From: Antedon mediterranea
Taxonomy: Eukaryota; Animalia; Echinodermata
Reading direction: 5' to 3'
Assembly (NCBI RefSeq): GCF_964355755.1
Contig: NC_092671.1
Coordinates: 6,820,001 to 6,884,000 of the forward strand
DNA: 64,000 bases
The notes beneath the pieces were generated by a model. The model searched no databases. It was not told the DNA's origin and was given only the letters and a program-made list of their open reading frames with translations. Every line of letters starts with the position of its first letter. Position 1 is the stretch's first letter. The translations under genes and the position numbers were made by a program. Shown here piece by piece: positions 33,607 to 47,147 of the stretch.

Positions 33607-36600
33607 CGTTTCTGGCTGTTTTACTTTATCCTTTTGATTTAGCTTTTCACTTTTTTTTTGTATCTCCATTGAGATTCAGCCACTGATACCCACAGCATTG
33701 TCATTTTTCAGTTATTTGCCTTTGGATTTATATATATAAATATATATAGAGGATTAAGATTATAATAAACAGCATTTAAAATTACCAACTATTAATTAAT
33801 CAAATCACTTTGCATTAAGTTACTACAATCCTGAATTTGATTAAGGTGATTACTAAGCTTTCTCTTAAAATAGGTTGCAAGAGTTACAGACGAATGTATC
33901 TTTGACATTCAAAGGCAAGGAATTCCAGATCCTCACAATTCTTCGCAGGAATGCTAAATTTACTCGAATCCGTACTTGTTTATATTTGGCTTATATAAGT
34001 TTGAAGTGAAACTCTTAAACTATTTTTCCCTTTAAAATGGTAATGGTCATTTTATCGTCATTGATGTGATATATTTTCAATTGTTTTGTGTTAGTTCGGT
34101 TAAAAGTTAAACTTTATTCAATTAAATATGTTGTTTTGGGTGGGTTTTTTTTGCTGGTGGTGGTATCTACAATATCTAAGGTAAGCTATATACTTGGGGT
34201 AAATGGGGAAACTTTAGAGGGGTCTGCCAGTGCCAAGGCAGTGTACAGATAGTCTGTTATAGGTCATTTGGTATTGCTTACAATGTGCTAAATCGTAATT
34301 ATAACATTGGTTGCTGGTGGTATCTACAAGATCTAAGCTAGGCCAGTTGGGGAATGGAGTCTCTAGTTGAACTTTAGAGGGGTCTGCCAGGGCCAAGGCA
34401 GTGTACAGATAGTTTGTAATAGGTCATTTGGTGATTGCTTACAATGTGCTAAATCATATAACATTGGTTGCTGGTGGTATCTACAATATCTAAGCTGGGC
34501 TAGTTGGGGAAAGAGGGGTCTCTAGTCTAACTTTAGAGGGGTCTGCCAGGGCCAGGGCAGTGTTCAGATAGTCTGTAATAGGTCATTTGGTATTGCTTAC
34601 AATGTGCTAAATCATATAACATTGGTTGCTGGTGGTATCTACAATATCTAAGCTGGGTTAGTTGGGGGAAGGGGGGCCTCTAGTCTAACTTTAGGGTGTC
34701 TGGCACTTGCGGTGCAGCAGACAATTAGTCTGTTGTTATCCATTTAGTATTGTATGAACACAACTTGTTCGTTTGGAATTGATTTTGAGTGGTACCTCAC
34801 TCATCTATGCTAACCCCATTTTAGGCCCTCCCTCGGGGGGTCTGGCGGGCCTTTTGCAGCAGAGAAAAAGTCTGTCGTTTGTGATACTGTTATAAGGATG
34901 CCAATGGGCATCCCATGGTGGTAAAATTAGGTGGTATCTCTCTCATCTAACCTGTGCCGATTTTTTAGCACGTTTCGGGGTCCCCCCGGTCTAGACGCAG
35001 CAGAGGGTACCCGGCAGACTCCCATTTTCATTCACTTCAAGTGACCCCCAACACACTCAAATAGTCAGATATTGGTACCTAGCTCATCTAACCAAATGTC
35101 TCTGGGCTGCCGGTAATATCTTTTTTACCGTACTAGAAATTATATTACTTCAGTAGAGTTATTGTAGTTTTCAAAGATATTTCTATTTCTGAATAATTAA
35201 TTTCTGGCAAAAATTCTCAACAAGTTTACAAAAAGCTGAACGTGCATTAGAGCCCGTTAATGATTAGCATTATCATTTTGTCGTGGTAATAGAGAACGAC
35301 ACGTGATGCGTAATTTTTCTTTTTGTTCATAACATTAACAATTTAAAATAGATTAAATAGGCCTACATAATGATGTATTGTCACTTGAAACACAAAAAAA
35401 TGAAGGTAAAAATATTCTAAATTTAAATTGGCCATATTAAAGTAATATGGTACTTTAAGTCGAAAATTCGAGCCAAAAACAACAATTTTACGTACTTAAC
35501 AGCTAAATTAATTTGATTACATTTCGTCTGGAAATCGTCACGAGCGAAAGTAAACAAAGATTTCAAACCATGAGTAAACATTATGCATGATGCTAATTAG
35601 GATTGTTTACAACTCGTCACGGTTGAGAAGGTGTTTTCACACAGATCGCGAGGAAGTTTTATGAACATGCATACCGAGTAGCCAAATAAGCTCGTTGCAT
35701 TATGAGATATGTTTTGATCGAAAACTTTGACTGGAAGTCAAAGTTATTTTTTGAACCAAAAAACATCTGTATTTCAGTAAAATGATTTTTTTTGGACTAA
35801 TTTTTGGTGAAAGTTAATAACTATTATGATACTTCAAAATGACCCACTTTTTTTCGAAATCTATTTTTTTTTTTTTTTGGAATTTGACAAAGGGACAATA
35901 CATCTTTAAGTAGAGCTGAAAATGTTTTTTCATTCTTCCTTGAGTCGGATGTTTTGCCAACTATAGCAGTAGTAATAATAATATGCTTGCTTGATTAAAT
36001 ATGCATTGTACTTATGCTTAATATAGTTAAAGGGGTATATTTTAGCTTACTAATTAAATAAATGTAGATCAATATTGTTGTATATCAATATAGAATACAT
36101 TTCAATTAAATAATAGAATGCTTCAAATATTAGTAACGAACAATTTAAAATAGATTAAATAAATAATATTAAGTACCAAATTGAGTCGGATGTGTTGTCA
36201 ACTATGGAAGTAGTACAAATATACTTACTTGATTAAATAATTGTACTGTATGGTTAATAATTAGTTAAAGTGGTATATTCACATTTCTGGAATATGGCGT
36301 TATGGATATATTCCATGTAAAAGAATAATTCTGACAATCCACGGCAGATATTTCTCACAAGATGGTTGGATGATTAGTGATTCATTGCTTTTTCCAAACG
36401 ATTTATATTCAGACACGGACTGTAAAGTTTTAAACATGATAGCATCGAAATTGCTGATGAAGCTAGCGGAAAGCAATCTCATATCCCTCCCCCGCCCCAA
36501 ATCGAAAGAAAAAATGTTTTATTATAGTAATTTAAAGTCAGTAAAATTCCTATCTGATCACATTATGAAAAATCCCATCACAACTTTTTAAGTGCCTTAT

Positions 36601-39600
36601 TTTACGATTTTTTCGACAAAAAAATGCTTCAAATTTACATAAAAGTTTGTGAAAAAAAAGATTTTCGTTCTGCTCATCTATTTATTAATCCATGGTTGTG
36701 CTTTACCGCTGACGAAAAATATGTGAGGTTATCAAAGTATAGGCTTATAGGTTTATATTTTATAATAAACATAATTCTAAATCCTGTCCTAAAGCACTAT
36801 AGGTTAATAACATGGAGTAAAGTAAATATAATATTATTTACTCCATGTTAATAACCTATTAATCATTTCATGTGATATTGGTCGCTTATTTTTCCAATCC
36901 GCACTCATAATTATGTCACCTCTATGATATTACCAAAATGTGGTTATCGTGACGTCATTTTGGAAATGTAATTCCAATAGCATGCCACGTTTTTTTTCTC
37001 AACACGTGGTACTTGGAAATTCCTGTATTCACTGGATATAATATACCGACCGAAATTGTGAAACCCCATCGTATTCTAAATGTGAGTATCATTAGAGCAT
37101 TATTTAAGTTTACCTCTATATTATTAATTGTTTATTAATTTTATTTAATTTATTTAGTTTATACCATATAGAACCACGATAGGGTCATATTATGTTACAA
37201 TTATTACAAGTAGGCTTACTTAGCCCTTAGGCATGTGACAAGCCGTGTCTGTAACACGTAAGCTTGAGGGACTCAAACTGAATGTAGGCCTATACTCGTT
37301 GACTTGTTCCTGAAAACGCCTGCTGTCTGTCTAATTAAGCAAAAATAAATCAAAATTATCAAGAATGCCACCTCAACAATACGGTAATAATAATAAATTC
37401 ACTCAATATTAAAATGACGCATAATAAATTTAGCTTTAGGCCTATTGGTCGCTACTTTTTTTTTATTTTGTTTCAGTAAAAACATACTTAATTAATTATC
37501 AAATAATGCATTCTATATTATTTCAATGTATTGGTGATTTTTCCGAATTACATTACATAATAGAAGACGACCTGCATTAATTTAAAACTTTTCTTTATGT
37601 TATTTCTATTATTCTACATAATACAGATCAAAATTCTGTTTCGTTATCAAATCTCTCCTTAATCAACTTGTTAATTCATTTTCTTTTTTTTTCAATAACT
37701 AATGGAGGATGGACACACATACATTGCTATTCTTAATATTTTTTATAAATTTGTATAGTAGCGCCTCGATTCATTTTATAGACCAGACCTATTTCATTAA
37801 AAAAAAAAACTATGCTTATAAGTGTACTTTCTTCTCCATGTTGTTATGCACTGTTGTACCATGAAGGTAGCTGCTCCATGGTTGTACTTTGTACTGTTAT
37901 ATAGGCTAAATTAAATCAACAAGTAGAGTAGACTGTATTTTGTTACGAATAACCCGCAGGGTAACGATGTTTACAACAGAGGACGTTTTATCATTGTTTA
38001 ATAAGTGATAGACCTACTTACTGTATTATATCATACACGGTTATCAAGGCCATCTCGTTTTGAAATTGTGCGGTCTGATTTAAGTTAGTAGATTTAAAAA
38101 AACTAGATGGTACGCTCGCTTCGCTCGCGTACCATCTAGGTCGTGCCCACAGATGGTTCTCGAATACATAATAATTTCAGCGTTAAAAAACTGGCGATTT
38201 CAAATGTACGTACCGCAGGACAATAATACATGTCGTGTACAGGAACGAATAAATAGACACTGTGATTTATGTACTCAACTAAAATTATCACCCTATTACT
38301 TCCGAAAGAGAAACTTTTCACAAAATAGGACCAATTGTTTAAGTCAAATTTAAACAAACTTAATTTGTGTTTTGTATGTAACATAGGGTTGGGGGATGGG
38401 GAAGAGGATGGGTGCAAAGAGGAACAATGTTAAAATATATTCTTTATCCATTTAGTAACGAAATATTAATTGCTTTCATGTTTTACAAATAATATACCAC
38501 TAAACACAGTAAAACATTGCGATGTAATACTTTGTTGAAACTATCACCGTCCTAGTCGATTGAAATAGTACAGCACATGTAACGATACATCACTACGACG
38601 TGTATATGTTTATAATATAATGTAAAACAATTTGTGAAAACCACCTCTACTCGGGGAAAATCATAAATTCGATTTAATCGTCAATAAATATTAAATTATC
38701 TAACTCAACTTAATTAGTAGGCCTAATGGTTTTCAATTGTTTCTTAGAGCCAATTCATACTTAAGTTGGTTTCTACCCTACCCACCAAAGTTGTTCTGCG
38801 TTTAGGGCATGTGATGTACCGTAGGCCTATTCTCTACTGGTTTTACAACGCTACTCATGCTAGTGAGGGAAAGGTGATGATGTGGGTGGTTTAACTGCAA
38901 TAATAAAGATTTGTACATAATATACGGCGAGTGAAAACGCTAGCTCATTATCCGTTTAAAAAAAAATTATATCCAACCTCTGCAGCACAGATTGAAAACA
39001 AAAATGGATCGAATTTCGAGTATACAGTGCTGTACTTGCCTTTACGACGCCTGAGGGAATAGACACTTGTGAAACAGAGATTGGAATGTTCCATTCATCG
39101 CAAATCAATACATTTGTATAATCGTATATTAAATCTATCAAAATAGTATTTTTTTAAGAAAATCGGACTCTAGCTGTTCAACCAGTTTTCAGCTATTAAA
39201 AACAATTATCGTAGGAAGAGATAGGAAAATGCGAAGCCTCCTCGTATTTTTGTGGCGGGTATTTTTCAAGATGGACATCCATTAGACAGTGTATACCACG
39301 ATCGGAAAACACCCCTATTTGGGGCAAATCGTTGAACCTAAATTCGTTTTAATCGTCAATAACTAATTACCTAACTCAATTTAATTAGTAAACAGGGTTA
39401 CATCAGATGGTTAAAATCAGTACCGAAAGTATGAACCAACTTTATATACCATCGAGTAGAAATTCTAGAAATAAACCGAGATTTACCGAATTTTGCCCTT
39501 ACGTAAATTTATATATAGATATAAATTAATATAACTTTGTGATCCGCGCAAATGCAACGTAACATTAATTATACGTACGGTATATAAATACGTCGGCCAA

Positions 39601-39883
39601 AATTGAAGTTCATGTTATCCTACGACCTGGAAAAAATAAAATAGAAATTCGTCGTTAATTAATCGAAATGACTGGAATCGTGTAGGGCATAAAACAAATA
39701 CATGTAATCGGCAACCCGTTTTTTTTGCGAAAATGATGGAAAAGACACAGAATGGCCCGAATCGTGCTCTATCATTGTTTTGTAAATCAGAAAGCAGCAT
39801 ACTAGCTTGGATACAAAAAAAAAAAAAAAAAAAATAGAAAGCACACATAGGTCACGTCATATGTGGATCGACTCATATCTGTA

Positions 39884-39886
39884 GTG

Positions 39887-39917
<31 letters not shown>
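39884..39917 (+). repeat. (GATT)n microsatellite just upstream of the TRIM-C coding exon
   Basis: GTGATTGATTGATTGATTTATTGATTGATTGATT. Confidence 0.8.
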
Positions 39918-39971
39918 AATCGTTTCTATAGTTGTTCTGTTATTGGGTATTATTTTCCATTGTTTTTCTAG

Positions 39972-42900
39972 ATGGAAACACAAATGAGTGAGTTCTTTCA
40001 AGACGTAAATAAAGATTTCTTGACCTGCTCCATATGTAAAGAAGTCTTCAACCACCCAAAGCAACTGAAGTGCATGCACAACTTCTGTCAAGATTGTTTA
40101 AAGCCTCTATTGCAGAAGGGAACTCCATCCAAGATTAAGTGTCCACTATGTCGCGAAGAAATCGAGTTGTTAGTTGACTCGGTTTCAGCGCTAGAAGATA
40201 ATGTGTTTCTCAGAAATTCATGTGAAGTGTTTATGACTGCTCACCTCGACACAGCTGATGTTTTGTGCTCGTTTTGCTCCAATGTGTTAGAGGAAACAAA
40301 CACTTCCCGCTGCATTGAATGTGCTGACAACCTCTGTGCAACATGTGCAGGAACTCATAAGTTAACACGTATAACACGCAATCACCAGGTTATCCAAATA
40401 TCAGAGGTTGGAAAAGAAAACCTTGTGAAGATGTCGAGAGAAGGAAGTACCAAGACACCATGTCAGAAACATCCAAGTAATCATTTGGAATTTTTCTGCC
40501 AAACATGTCAAGTTCCCGTATGTTTTGCGTGTACTGTTGTAGATCATGGGCATAAAAATGGCCACGATCTGAAAGATCTACATGATGCCCCGACCATCAA
40601 AACCTTCAAAGACCAGATAATTGAGCACATTCGTCAACTCACAGAAGTAACAGAAACATTCAAAGAACACATTACCTTTGCAGATAATGCTGAAGAACGT
40701 CTCATCTTGAGTCTTGAAACGACAAAGAAAGATATTAAAGATTCTTCAAAAGCTCTTATTGCAGAGATAGCAGCTTATACAAATAGATTGATTACGAAAG
40801 TTGATAAAAGAGCTGAAACTATCCAGAAAACAATTGAACATCACCGAGATGCTGCTGAAGTCAAAATTCAAAGCTGCAATAGCATCAATCAGTTTGCTTT
40901 AAATATATGCAAGCATGGACTTAATGCTGAGATAATGTCATCTGCTAAAGACCTACTGAAGAGGATGGACGATCTGCAAGAGGACTTAGATGACATTGGC
41001 ACTGGCGAATTAAAATTCATACCAGAACCGAAGTTTAGACTTGGAAACGTACAAGAATGCAAGGTAGGTATACAGTTTAAAGCTAAGGTACAGGCATGAA
41101 TTTTAAATATAATATTTGGTTAATTATACATAAATCAAATATTTGTAACAGAAATCGAGACGAAAAAACATGAATTTCCCTTAATATGGTCAAATACAAA
41201 ATTTGGGAAAATTCTTCCATAAAAAACAGAAAGACTTTTTTTCAGTAGTTAGGTAGTTAACCTAATGTAATAACATGTCTGGTGACCCCCCAGACGGTGA
41301 AAAAAGATGGTGGATATACAGTGGATAATTTTTGCTATAGCATGAAAATAAAAAGCTGAAGTTGAATAAAAATATCAGAAATGTAATATTCAAGTTATAT
41401 TACCTATATTTAGTCATCTGATAACATTTTTTACCACACCGTTTAATTTTCATAGCTTTTTAAAATGCCTCTCTATTTACAAAATTTGTGTACAAAAGAA
41501 TAGAGATTTTACTGTGTAATTTGAACTATCCCCCCACTTATAAGAAAGTGCTTATTTTCAACAAGCTTGTGTAACACAAATAAAATCCCAAAAATTATGA
41601 AACATAGGGGAAACTATAGATCGATAATTATTGGAATGTATGATCAATAGAAATTTTTTGCCTGCACCTGGCCTTTAAATGCATATTTTAAAGGTTCGCA
41701 TAGCAAATAAACACGCAGGTAAAGTTAGTTAGTTTCCAACTAGATATAAAGGTTGCCTGAGACGTCTTGAATTTTCTCCACAAAAAGACGGTTGTTGCAT
41801 AAACACCAAAATGTCGAGACACACACAACCTTAATTTCACCAGAAGGAAGTTACTTGGAATTGACATTGACAAAACATTAGTTGGGTGGTTGGAACATAT
41901 TATAAAGGTAAAATTGTTAAATCGGTTTCATCGATGTTGGTTGTGAACTGAATAAAATTTTAAAAAATAAAAAGAAAGGGAAAATATAATACATAAAACA
42001 AACACGGAAAGATACGCACGTGTAACATAAAAAAAGAAGAAACACAAGGTACAACATTTTGACAAACCAAAATACAGAAAGAATAACCCTCTCTGTTACA
42101 CACGCTATTCTTTCCCGCGTTTTGTTCTTTCTGTTTTTGTGCTTTGACTTTGTGTACGATTTTCATTGCAGAAACGATTTTGTTCTTTTACGTTCTTTTT
42201 TATTTCATAATGCAAAAAAACAGGAACACAAGGAGTACACTTTGTTGGATTATTATACTAAGAAGGAGATGAAGGTTGGTGACGCCGTAAAACTTGGCCC
42301 AGACTTTCCAGTTGGTGATCCATATGACCGTTATAGAGGAAGGCATTCGAACGGCACAATCCAGAAGATCAAAAGAAATGGTCAAACAAAAATGGTCATG
42401 GTCATGTTTCAAAATGGATCAACACTAGAATGCAAAATGAACCGGAACGAGAAATGGTTACAGCCTGCAAAGCCATCTGAACTGTATATGGTAATGTAAA
42501 TTATTTTATTTGATTCTCCGTCTAAATGCATCAGTCTAAATCTCTGTCTACACTATCAAATTTTATTTGACAAAAATGTGATGTGCCCATATATGGACAT
42601 GATGATGTCATATCATATACCATATTTGGGCACATCACTTTTTGTTTGTCAAACTAGTTTGAAAGTGTAGACATAGCTTTAATTGGAGTACTTTTGACAC
42701 ATGAATTACTAGATTCATCCAGAAGTATAACTTCCTTAATAGGTGTATAACTTATAAACTATCTCTTTATAGCCCATAAGCTTGGTTCCCACTAGAGACG
42801 AAACGCAAGAACGGTTGCACTGGACCTGGAATCGTTGATTGTAGAGAGACGGAACGCAATGACGTAACGCAAGACAAGAGAGTTGACCAATGACGATCAG

Positions 42901-43434
42901 CGATTGTTCGAATAATCTATCGCTTCTGATTTGTCAAATCATTTGCGTTGCGTTACGTCCTTGCGTTGCATTTCTAATTTGATTCAAGCTTTACGTTGCG
43001 TTTAACGTCTCTGAGAACCAAGCATAGAGAAAGGAACACCATTTTTATTCTATACTCTTGTACGATAATTGTGTTTAAAAATGACATGTAGGCCTACTTT
43101 CTTTTTACACCAATGTTCTTACATTCACCAGAATCGATTAAAATGGTATGCTGATAAAGTGATGAAGGTTGGTGACCGTGTTCATCGAGGCGTTCATTGG
43201 CCATCTGGATATGACAGTTACGATAATTATGGAAAATCGGGAGAAATCACAGATATTAAGCGGGATTCTTGTCAAACAAAAGTTGTTGTTAACTTTAATT
43301 GTTGTCAAAAAAATGATGCCCCTCCTTTAAAATTGTCACGAAGCAATGACAATTATAAATTTTCAATGTATGAAGGTTGTTACTCGCTTTTACCCTTGCA
43401 ACCAATTTTTTGGAGTGAATGGCTTGACATTTAA
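39972..43434 (+). CDS. TRIM E3 ubiquitin ligase paralogue C, intact (~553 aa): RING-Bbox1-Bbox2-coiled coil-2x MIB/HERC2-like
   Basis: Phase-0 exons 39972-41063, 42224-42490, 43132-43434 are all open. C3HC4 RING CSICKE...CMHNFCQDC...CPLC; B-boxes CSFC..CIEC..LC..C..H..H and CQKH..C..C..C..C..H..H; exons 2 and 3 start MKVGDAVKLGPDF and MKVGDRVHRGVHW. The exon 2 acceptor is the least certain boundary. Confidence 0.88.
42540..42678. mobile_element. Small Harbinger-like MITE in TRIM-C intron 2
   Basis: IR TGTCTACACT(A/T)TCAAA at both ends, TAA/TTA flanks. Confidence 0.55.
42779..43024. mobile_element. Harbinger-like MITE, AGCTTGGTTCCCACTAG family (degenerate copy)
   Basis: Same terminus and ACGTAACGCAAG / CTTGCGTTGCGTTACGT internal motifs as the copies at 49-62 kb. 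Confidence 0.6.
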
Positions 43435-46400
43435 ATGTTAAAAAGGTAATGTCTTGTAAGTTGCTTACAGTAGTAAGTGTTAAAATGTAAAATTGTTATC
43501 TGGATCTAATCAAGCTTGGGCATAAATAACTATATGGAGTGTCTGCTTAAAGTAGAATTAGACGCGCCAAAGTTCGAGTCATTGAGTCGTTGATCATTGA
43601 GGCGTTGATTCGCTTTCAAGAGATTTTCATCGTTTTTTCAAAGTTTTCGGAAGTTATTGCTATATAGTTAATTTAGTGTGTTGCTCTTTTTGCAAGAAGT
43701 TCAATTCCAAAATTAGTGTATATGAATATCGTTTATCAAATGAATGATATATATATTTTTAATTGACTGATAATTAGATTATTGCAATGTTGTGTGCTCT
43801 TTGTAACAAAAATATAGAAAATCTTCAGGTTAGGTCTCATCCTCCTGTTTGTTCAGTGTATTTACTACGGCACTGATATTACAGAGATTGTCTTCAAAAT
43901 AGCAAATGATGTATATAGCTAGGGTCATAGTATCATTATACCGGTAAAAGAAGCCATGCTTTATATATGTTTTTTTGATTAGTTTTTAGTGATATAATTA
44001 GACCTATAAGAAATATGCTAGTAGCAGTAGTCATGCATGCGTTAAATGTATTATCAAAGTAAAATAAACGACATTTTGCTTTTAATATTCTCAATTGGTG
44101 TTATTTTTCAACTGCGAGAACTATTTTGCCGTAAGCCCCTACTGACAACACTTAAAGAATTAATTGTGAGTCTTGAAAAACTAAAACCGACAAGACAAAC
44201 AAGTTTAATAAGTACAAATGTAGACCAAAATACCATACCGTACTTTTTATAACTTATTAATTTTAGCAGGTAATTTAATGCAGTACACGTTTCGTGACAA
44301 AAAATATCTACTACGCCCTCTTTGTTAAAGATGTATTGTCCCCCTGAAAACATTTTTTTTTTAAATATTTTTGTTGAATAGGCCATTTTAATTGCACATA
44401 AAAGTTATTCACTTTGAACTGAAATTGGATCGAAAAAAAAAATGTTTTACTCGAGAAAATCGTAATTTAATGCAAAAATTAACCAACCGGAAGCTATTTG
44501 TCTGGAAGACAAACGTGTTCCGGTTTAATTTAACCCTTGACCTGAGTTAGCTCATAAATATTCATATTGTATGGATACATCTTGTGGATGATGGTTCTCT
44601 CAACAAACAGCCAACAACGCGACGATAGCAATGCATAGAGAGAGTCGAGTAGTGACGCGAGACGATCTTGAAGAAAACACGAAAACTATAGCTAGCAGAA
44701 TACTAAGTAGAACTGCAGTTGGTAACTTTGATGTTGAATCTTATTCATTTAGGTGAGTTTTTGCTTCGCTAGCAGGAGAGGCCTAGCTAGGCCTAGGCCC
44801 TAGGCCCGAGTTTTCTGCTACTGTACTAGTCTACTACATACTAGTAGTACTAACTAGCACAACCACATGGCAGGCAGTCTCGAGTAGCCTTACTGCTGCC
44901 TCTTGTTTCTATAAGTAGAGGTAGTAGGCCTAGGCTAGGCAGTACACTACTAGCTAGGGCTAGACCACCACCAGGAGGGATGTATTTTTGTTTTATAATT
45001 TTGTTTGGCATCCTGATAAATTGGTTTAATTTGTTAGGATTTCAACTATCTATTCTGCAGAGAAAATTACCAAATAAATCTAAATATTGTTTTGAATGTT
45101 TACTGTACAGTATTTTAAAAATATTTTCTGCATCAAATGCAATAGGTTCAAATCAACATTTGCACAATTAACCATTTTATGCAGATATTTGACACAATTT
45201 TCTTCTTTTTTTTCAGGTATTAACATTGATTGAACAATAAGAGCAAGTGAAGTAGTGAGAAACACAAAATGTATCGTACAGTGGCAACAATCACAATTTA
45301 TTGAAACATTTCTTACTATTAAAATGACACTTTGTAATGGATATGACCGATCTTAGAAGACTATAGCTGCCGTAATTACTGCCACAATCAACACATTGAT
45401 ATTAGTAGACAAATTGACACAAAAAACAATACAGGAATTCAATAAGATATATTGTAACTGTATATAGGCCTATATATATTTTTTATTAACTCCTTTTGCA
45501 ATGTAATATTTACAGTAACATTATGAAGTGTAAGTAAAATTGAAGAATTTATTCTGTGTACTGTTGTAGTAGTATTTTTTATTTATTGAATGTTATGTTT
45601 ACAAAATAATATACTGTACAAATATTATTGCTTTATAAAAAAAATTATACAACATTTTACAAGCTGAACAGGAACATATTGGCCGAATGCAGCATCACAA
45701 ATATTTTTCTTGCAATATCCAATCATATACAGAGTCTATCATCAGTTGTCTTTATGAAGTACAAATGTGACCTCTGTTCCAGTCTTCATCAGCTCAACGT
45801 CTTTAAATAAAAATGTTTAAATAATGATGTATAAATAAGTTAAATATTTCACAAAATCTAAAGTTTTTAATTTCGGCAAAGTACGAAAACCTGGAATTTG
45901 GTATTTATAAATAGGTCTAGATCATGCACATTTAGTGCAAAATGTGGGCTAGTGAAATTGCTTGCTTTGACAAATAAGTACACTAACTTTCTATGGTAAA
46001 ACACATTACAACTAAGACTTAATAAAGAAAAAACAAATATTTGACTTACTACAGACAGTACAGAGTTACATGGTAAAGAACAGTAGTTTGTGTGGTAAAA
46101 TGGCTAAGCTGGCTTTTCCCCTCTGTCTACTTGTACAGTGCTGCTGGAGGAAGGTTCTCAACTTCAGGCTTGTAAGTTGTATTGTAACCATTTTCCCTGA
46201 AAAAATGTTTGTTTTATTTTTATCATAAAAACTAGTTAAACAAGATTCAACTGTAAATTATGTATATGGTACAGCAGGCTGGCTGTATTTTCGGATTGAT
46301 GGCCTAGCCTAGGCCAGTCTATGAAGAGTACAATGTATAGGGCCTAGCTGGGCATTTTCTGCAGAGACCCGATTGTCCCAGCAGCCTGCCTCCTCTACTA

Positions 46401-47147
46401 CTACTACTACTAGCCTAGGCCTAATGCATGTATTATTCTAGGCCTAGCCCTGAAAAAATCCCAGGCTAAGTTAATTAATTACCTTCCTGTTATTACAAAC
46501 GTCTGTCTAGTTTGCGTTATATATATAATTATTATATTTAAAATAACCGTCTAGGCCTACTTACCGACAAATTAACAGCTTAGCTTTACATACGATCAGG
46601 GGAAACCCCCAGTCGAGTCGCGTCGATCTCTGTGGGTGTTGTACACAACGTGCATCATCCATGTTTGTTAGATCAGATCCCAGCTGTGTCGATGCTCATT
46701 AACATATCATGCATATTTATGAGTTAGCTCTATCGGCCTAAATTTTGAGCTGACAAGTTGGGAAAATTGATTAACTTATTTTGCTTTTTTCTTAGCGAAA
46801 TTAATAATTTTTTTCGGATTTTTTTTCGGCGAAAGTGAACAACTTTATTATAGCTACAATATGGTCTATTCAAAATTTGATTTAATTGATCTTCATTTTT
46901 CATGTTTTGGGGGACAATACAACTTTAAGCAAACTTTTTATTCTGGAGGCCTCTTTTGGTTTATACCACCGCACACACACAACAAACACACGACACGCGA
47001 TAAAACCGGTAAGGTCGATCAAAGTACACAGCTAGGCCTAGCTTGACTAAATACAAAATACACAAAACAAACGTTGTAACTGTACTGTACTGCTACTACT
47101 ACTAGTAGGTAATTAACTCTGGGTTTAGCGAAGTTGAAGGTATTAAA

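Larger units (their letters stand above)
29672..35114 (+). mobile_element. Penelope-like (Neptune-type) retroelement remnant enclosed in ~1.5-kb inverted repeats
   Basis: 29672-31215 is the reverse complement of 33563-35114; the centre holds degraded RT/GIY-YIG coding sequence; each arm has a hammerhead motif and a ~160-bp tandem repeat. Confidence 0.85.

Noticed and set aside
35337-36290. Local direct repeats (35940 versus 36181; 35337 versus 36139)
   Set aside because: Short, degenerate, AT-rich duplications with no definable element ends.
38103-38139. Perfect 13-bp hairpin CTAGATGGTACGC / GCGTACCATCTAG as a terminator or ncRNA
   Set aside because: More like the end of a Helentron-type repeat; the other end was not identified.
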